Shown in pieces: positions 17,041-20,675 of a stretch of 20,675 bases of DNA (the stretch's first letter is position 1; every line of letters begins with the position of its first letter). The stretch comes from Candidatus Heimdallarchaeota archaeon (GTDB lineage: Archaea; Asgardarchaeota; Heimdallarchaeia; JABLTI01). A program made the translations under genes and the position numbers. The stretch is taken from the NCBI GenBank assembly GCA_030614005.1, contig JAUWKS010000057.1:1-20675 (forward strand), read 5' to 3'. Below the pieces are notes generated by a model. The model made no database searches. It saw nothing but the letters and a program-made list of their open reading frames with translations, and was not told where the DNA came from.

Positions 17041-17772
17041 GTGTCAAGAAGAAAAACGAAAAAAATAAGATTTATGACAGGGTTCGCAATATTAATGATT
17101 ATTTTCTCAATTTGTTTTGCCTTTCCTACAATAATCGAAGGAATCAATGTAGGACGAAATTGGCAAAGCTATACACAAATTGATCAAGTAATTACTTCAG
17201 ACTCATATTCTGTCATTAAATTTGATTTAGAGCCTAGTAATAGGGTATCCGCTGAGATTTCAGCGTACGATGCAATCTTTGTTCATGATGATCCTGTTCA
17301 GGTTATTTTTGCAATATTATCAGAAGGAGAATTTTCAGACTGGTATGATGCAGGAGAAAATGCACCAAATATCATCAACTCAACTCATTTTTATGAAAAT
17401 GCTGAGATCAAATTAGAGAATATAGGTGTCGATCTTGATAGAGACTATTATTTCATTTTCTATAATACAAATGCATTCACAATTCGAGTTGATCTTACTT
17501 TAACAATAATACCTTGGGGTCACATAATAGCAACAAGTATCGTTGGATTTGGTTTTGCAATATGCTTCCTTGGTTTACTCACAAAAATCGGATTTACAGG
17601 ATATTTCGTATTATCTCACAATGAAAAACCAAAAGTGCTCACAGTTCAATCACAAGGTAAAACTGAAGCAATTTTACAACCAGAAAAAGATGAAAACTTT
17701 TGCATTTCGTGTGGTGCACCAATAACCAAAAAGGATGGTCGTTATTGTCCAAGTTGTGGATCATCAACTTAA
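17041..17772 (+). CDS. membrane protein with C-terminal zinc ribbon
   Basis: Two TM segments flank an extracellular beta-rich region. The C-terminus is CISCGAPITKKDGRYCPSCG (CxxC..CxxC). GGAG lies upstream of the GTG start. Confidence 0.8.
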   Translation: MSRRKTKKIRFMTGFAILMIIFSICFAFPTIIEGINVGRNWQSYTQIDQVITSDSYSVIKFDLEPSNRVSAEISAYDAIFVHDDPVQVIFAILSEGEFSDWYDAGENAPNIINSTHFYENAEIKLENIGVDLDRDYYFIFYNTNAFTIRVDLTLTIIPWGHIIATSIVGFGFAICFLGLLTKIGFTGYFVLSHNEKPKVLTVQSQGKTEAILQPEKDENFCISCGAPITKKDGRYCPSCGSST

Positions 17773-17939
17773 GCATCAGCTTATTATGCTTCAAACTAGA
17801 AATAGTTCCCTATATAAAAATAAGAATTCCCTCAAAAATAAATGATACTGAGGTGAGTAAACATCGTCACAAAAAAACATCTCCGGTAAGGTTTGGTCTG
17901 CAACTGTTTTTCCTTATCTGAGTGCCCTCACCTCAGATT

Positions 17940-18317
17940 CTATTTCTTTTTACTCAATATTTCTTTGATTGTTTCTACTAGCTCATCAAGATTGGCTTTA
18001 TCGATGAATTTTACAGCACCCGCATCAAGGCAATCTTCTTCATCTTTAGAAAAACCTGAAACACAGATTATTGGAGTTTGAATGCCCTTTTGTCGTATTA
18101 TTTCCACAGCTTCATGACCATTTAGTTGTGGTAGAGAATTATCACAAATAATAATATCCCAATTCTTTTCAGTCTCTAATAATTTTAATAGCTTATCCTT
18201 ACTATCAACCCAATCATAATTAAGATTAGAATACTCTTGTTTAATATGATGTTGCATTAAGATAACATCATCCTCCAAGTCTTCAATAAACAAGATATTT
18301 GTAATTTCATTCATCAC
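17940..18317 (-). CDS. single-domain response regulator (receiver)
   Basis: ILFIED, IIICD (phosphoacceptor), LPQLNG, CVSG and GAVKFIDK. ATGA overlap with the upstream receiver gene. Confidence 0.88.
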   Translation of the reverse strand: MMNEITNILFIEDLEDDVILMQHHIKQEYSNLNYDWVDSKDKLLKLLETEKNWDIIICDNSLPQLNGHEAVEIIRQKGIQTPIICVSGFSKDEEDCLDAGAVKFIDKANLDELVETIKEILSKKK

Positions 18318-18760
18318 TCATCACAAGTTAATTTTGCTGTTTGATTTAGAACTAACCAGTAAAGACCAAGTTGTTTTACAGCATCTATAAACTGATCAAA
18401 ATCAACAGGCTTTGAAATATACGAGTTCGCTCCTAAACAGTAGCTTTTAACAACATCGCTTTCTTCTTTTGACGTTGTTAAAATTACAACTGGTAGCAGT
18501 TTTGTTCGAGGGTTTTTTCGAATTCGTTCTAATACTTGTAATCCATCCAATTTTGGCATTTTAAGATCAAGCAAAACCAATTCAGGCATTATGTTTTTAT
18601 CACGATTTTTATACTTGCCTTCTGCAAAAAGGTAGTTTAGTGTTTCTTCTCCGTCTTTAACTACTACAAGTTCATTTAGAATATTGCTCTTTTTGAATGC
18701 TCTTTGAGTTAAAAGCACATCGTCGGGATTATCCTCAGCTAGAAGGATTATTTTATTCAT
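18314..18760 (-). CDS. single-domain response regulator, Rcp1-like
   Basis: ILLAEDNPDD, VLLDLKMPKLDG, PVVILTTS, GANSYISKPVDF and the YWLVLN tail typical of Rcp1-type receivers. Confidence 0.92.
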   Translation of the reverse strand: MNKIILLAEDNPDDVLLTQRAFKKSNILNELVVVKDGEETLNYLFAEGKYKNRDKNIMPELVLLDLKMPKLDGLQVLERIRKNPRTKLLPVVILTTSKEESDVVKSYCLGANSYISKPVDFDQFIDAVKQLGLYWLVLNQTAKLTCDE

Positions 18761-19013
18761 TATTATTTATCTCCATTTTTTCGCATTATTTAAAGGCATA
18801 CTTTTCTTCTTTTAAGTCTTATTAGTTTAATTCTATACTTTTCCTTTAAGATTTTCCATTATAGATATTATCACCTTTTTTTCCACTTATTTGATCAATA
18901 TATCCATTTATCATAATTTTTAATGAATTTTCTGCTTGTTTGAGCTATCAATTTTTTTGGGAAGATTCATTTAATAAAAATTTAAGACATAAAGAAAAAA
19001 AATAGAATTTTAT

Positions 19014-19592
19014 CTATTTCAAGAGATCAGTGTACATTTCTTCATCATCTCTTTCTACAGCATAAAGGGTTTTTAGGGAGTCATAAACAGTAACTAGTCC
19101 TATTAGGATAAAAAGACTAAATACTACAATTGAGAAATAAAAGCCCCAAGCTAATTCAGCTCCACCTAATTCAGGTATTGGAACAACGAATGAAGCATGA
19201 AATTTAGTGAAGAGTAGAGTACCAGCTAAACCAAACCCACCACCTAGTATTACAAGAAAAGTGAATATTCGTTTGTCTTCCCGCATTGGCGCAAATGTTT
19301 TATATAAACCACCCAACATTGCTAATCCAATACCAACTGCAATGAAAACTATATTTTCAACAGGAAAATTTCCTATGGCAATCATTATTGCTTCTCCCAA
19401 AATGACAGATTCAACTACACCATCAATTGTTGAAGAAAATTTTGTTCGACCGTTAAAATAAGACCACATCTCGTAAATAATAGTCTCTCCTTCATACTCA
19501 TATGTATAGCATGTATAGTTAAATGGTGCCAAAGTGACAAAAAAAATGCCAATAACAGCAAATACTAGAAATGCTACCCCAAATTTCCTCAT
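19014..19592 (-). CDS. four-TM membrane protein of unknown function
   Basis: Four hydrophobic segments with a beta-rich loop after TM1. Likely start ATG 19592 (MRKFGV); the track gives 19673. An oligo-T tract lies downstream. Confidence 0.75.
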   Translation of the reverse strand: MRKFGVAFLVFAVIGIFFVTLAPFNYTCYTYEYEGETIIYEMWSYFNGRTKFSSTIDGVVESVILGEAIMIAIGNFPVENIVFIAVGIGLAMLGGLYKTFAPMREDKRIFTFLVILGGGFGLAGTLLFTKFHASFVVPIPELGGAELAWGFYFSIVVFSLFILIGLVTVYDSLKTLYAVERDDEEMYTDLLK

Positions 19593-19779
19593 AGTAGAAC
19601 GTTCACTACTCTTCCCAATAATAATCATAATAAAACAAGTAGTAAGTTTACAATATTTAAAAGTAACAAACAAATCTCCATATGAACGTGTGGATATGTG
19701 ATAATATATGAGTGTTACTTTGCTTTTTAATTAAGAATGAAAATAGATGGTATGAGGACTAAATAGTAGGTTAAAGTAA

Positions 19780-20675
19780 TTGATTGCTGCAGAAATCGAA
19801 ACATTCAAATGTTTTATGGAAATCGAACAACGATCTCCGCATACTATAAGACAATATATTGATATCTTAAATTGGTTTGAAAAATTTCTCATTGAATCAA
19901 ATATCGAATTCAGTCAATTAAAAGAAAACGATATTGTAAAATTCCAATTATGGCTAAAGAAAAAGAAAGCAACAAAAGAATTTGTTAAACTACACAAAAG
20001 AAAGCCTTCTGAGCAAGAATTGCTACAATTCTCTCGAGGGTCTAATCTTCATGGAAAAAGTGTTTACAAATATCTTTCAGCGATTAGAAAATTCTTAGAA
20101 GTAAACGAACAGCAGCTAAACTGGACTAAAATACCTACACCGAAATTTGATGATAATTTTAATCCTGATGTTCTTACCACATTTGAAATAACTAAAATAG
20201 TTAATACAGCAGCAAAATATTGTACATTTCAGCATAAGACTATTACAGAAACAAATTGTCTAAAGTGTAAGAAATATAGACAACCGAAAAGCGAGAAAGC
20301 TGCATTACAGAGAAAATATCCTGCAGTTTGTTTTTATTTTGAAGGCTTAAAATTACAAGCAATGTTTCTTCTTGCATATGAAGCAGCATTACGAACGGAT
20401 GAGCTCTGCAATCTCAAAATAAAACATCTAAATCTTACAAAAATGGAAATTTTCATCGAGAAACCTTTGAAACACTCTCAACCTCAAGCAATTCCTCTTT
20501 CAAAAGGTTTAGTGAAAGTTCTAGAACAATATCTCGCTCAGAGAAAAAGCACTAATGAAGGGGAAGAATTTTTATTCCCAACTAAAATGGGCAAAAAATA
20601 TCACCCTAATAATTTTGCTACCCACATTTTTCGACCAATCGCTCGATCAGCAGGTTTTGACATTAGATACTATAC
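19780..20675 (+). CDS. tyrosine recombinase/integrase (Xer-like), truncated by the window edge
   Basis: Not in the ORF track. I translated it by hand from TTG 19780 (AGGT upstream): IETFKCFMEIEQRSPHTIRQY (N-terminal SAM-like domain), KYLSAIRKF, AYEAALRTDELCNLKIKHL (catalytic Arg at 20392-20394), KPLKHS, FLFPT, ending at FDIRYY. No stop to the edge. Confidence 0.88.
   Translation, partial: MIAAEIETFKCFMEIEQRSPHTIRQYIDILNWFEKFLIESNIEFSQLKENDIVKFQLWLKKKKATKEFVKLHKRKPSEQELLQFSRGSNLHGKSVYKYLSAIRKFLEVNEQQLNWTKIPTPKFDDNFNPDVLTTFEITKIVNTAAKYCTFQHKTITETNCLKCKKYRQPKSEKAALQRKYPAVCFYFEGLKLQAMFLLAYEAALRTDELCNLKIKHLNLTKMEIFIEKPLKHSQPQAIPLSKGLVKVLEQYLAQRKSTNEGEEFLFPTKMGKKYHPNNFATHIFRPIARSAGFDIRYY

Noticed and set aside
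9010-19016. Genome-wide stop-codon reassignment (TAA or TAG as sense)
   Set aside because: Most genes here end in TAA at their expected C-termini, and three end plausibly in TAG. Only site-specific readthrough remains possible.
4247-19461. Remaining short track ORFs (4247, 5348, 6795, 7671, 10100, 12069, 12372, 12945, 13937, 14194, 15977, 16078, 17543, 17700, 17893, 19207)
   Set aside because: All overlap well-supported longer genes on the opposite strand or in another frame, and show no recognisable motifs.
19680-19780. dif or att site upstream of the recombinase
   Set aside because: TGGATATGTGATAATATATGA only loosely resembles archaeal dif arms. There is no convincing 11-6-11 inverted repeat, tRNA or direct-repeat partner in the window.
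1-20675. CRISPR array, tRNA or rRNA genes, IS transposases
   Set aside because: I saw no regularly spaced repeats, cloverleaf or GC-rich structural RNA stretch, or transposase motifs. Intergenic spaces are short and AT-rich.

Overview
AT-rich prokaryotic window that looks archaeal. It has TATA-like boxes, T-tract terminators, a TrmB regulator and C-terminally anchored beta-propeller surface proteins; an Asgard/Heimdallarchaeia-like origin is an inference only. From left to right it holds: two tandem LVIVD-repeat surface-protein paralogues (the first is missing from the ORF track because it runs off the left edge), a TrmO/TsaA-like gene, an alpha/beta hydrolase, a tldD-pmbA pair, a divergent hydrolase/methyltransferase pair each broken by one in-frame stop (TAA and TAG), an FG-GAP propeller with DxDxDG calcium-type repeats, an 816-820 aa enzyme, a TrmB regulator with a PH-like tail next to a perfect 20-bp palindrome, a zinc-ribbon membrane protein, two orphan receiver proteins, a four-TM protein, and a tyrosine recombinase with a Cys/His-rich insertion that runs off the right edge. 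The most striking observation is the 816-820 aa enzyme. It is an asparaginase/glutaminase whose catalytic segments are in swapped order (HGTD before TGGTI and DSS), fused to a class I glutamine amidotransferase domain. No rRNA, tRNA, CRISPR array or reverse transcriptase was recognised.
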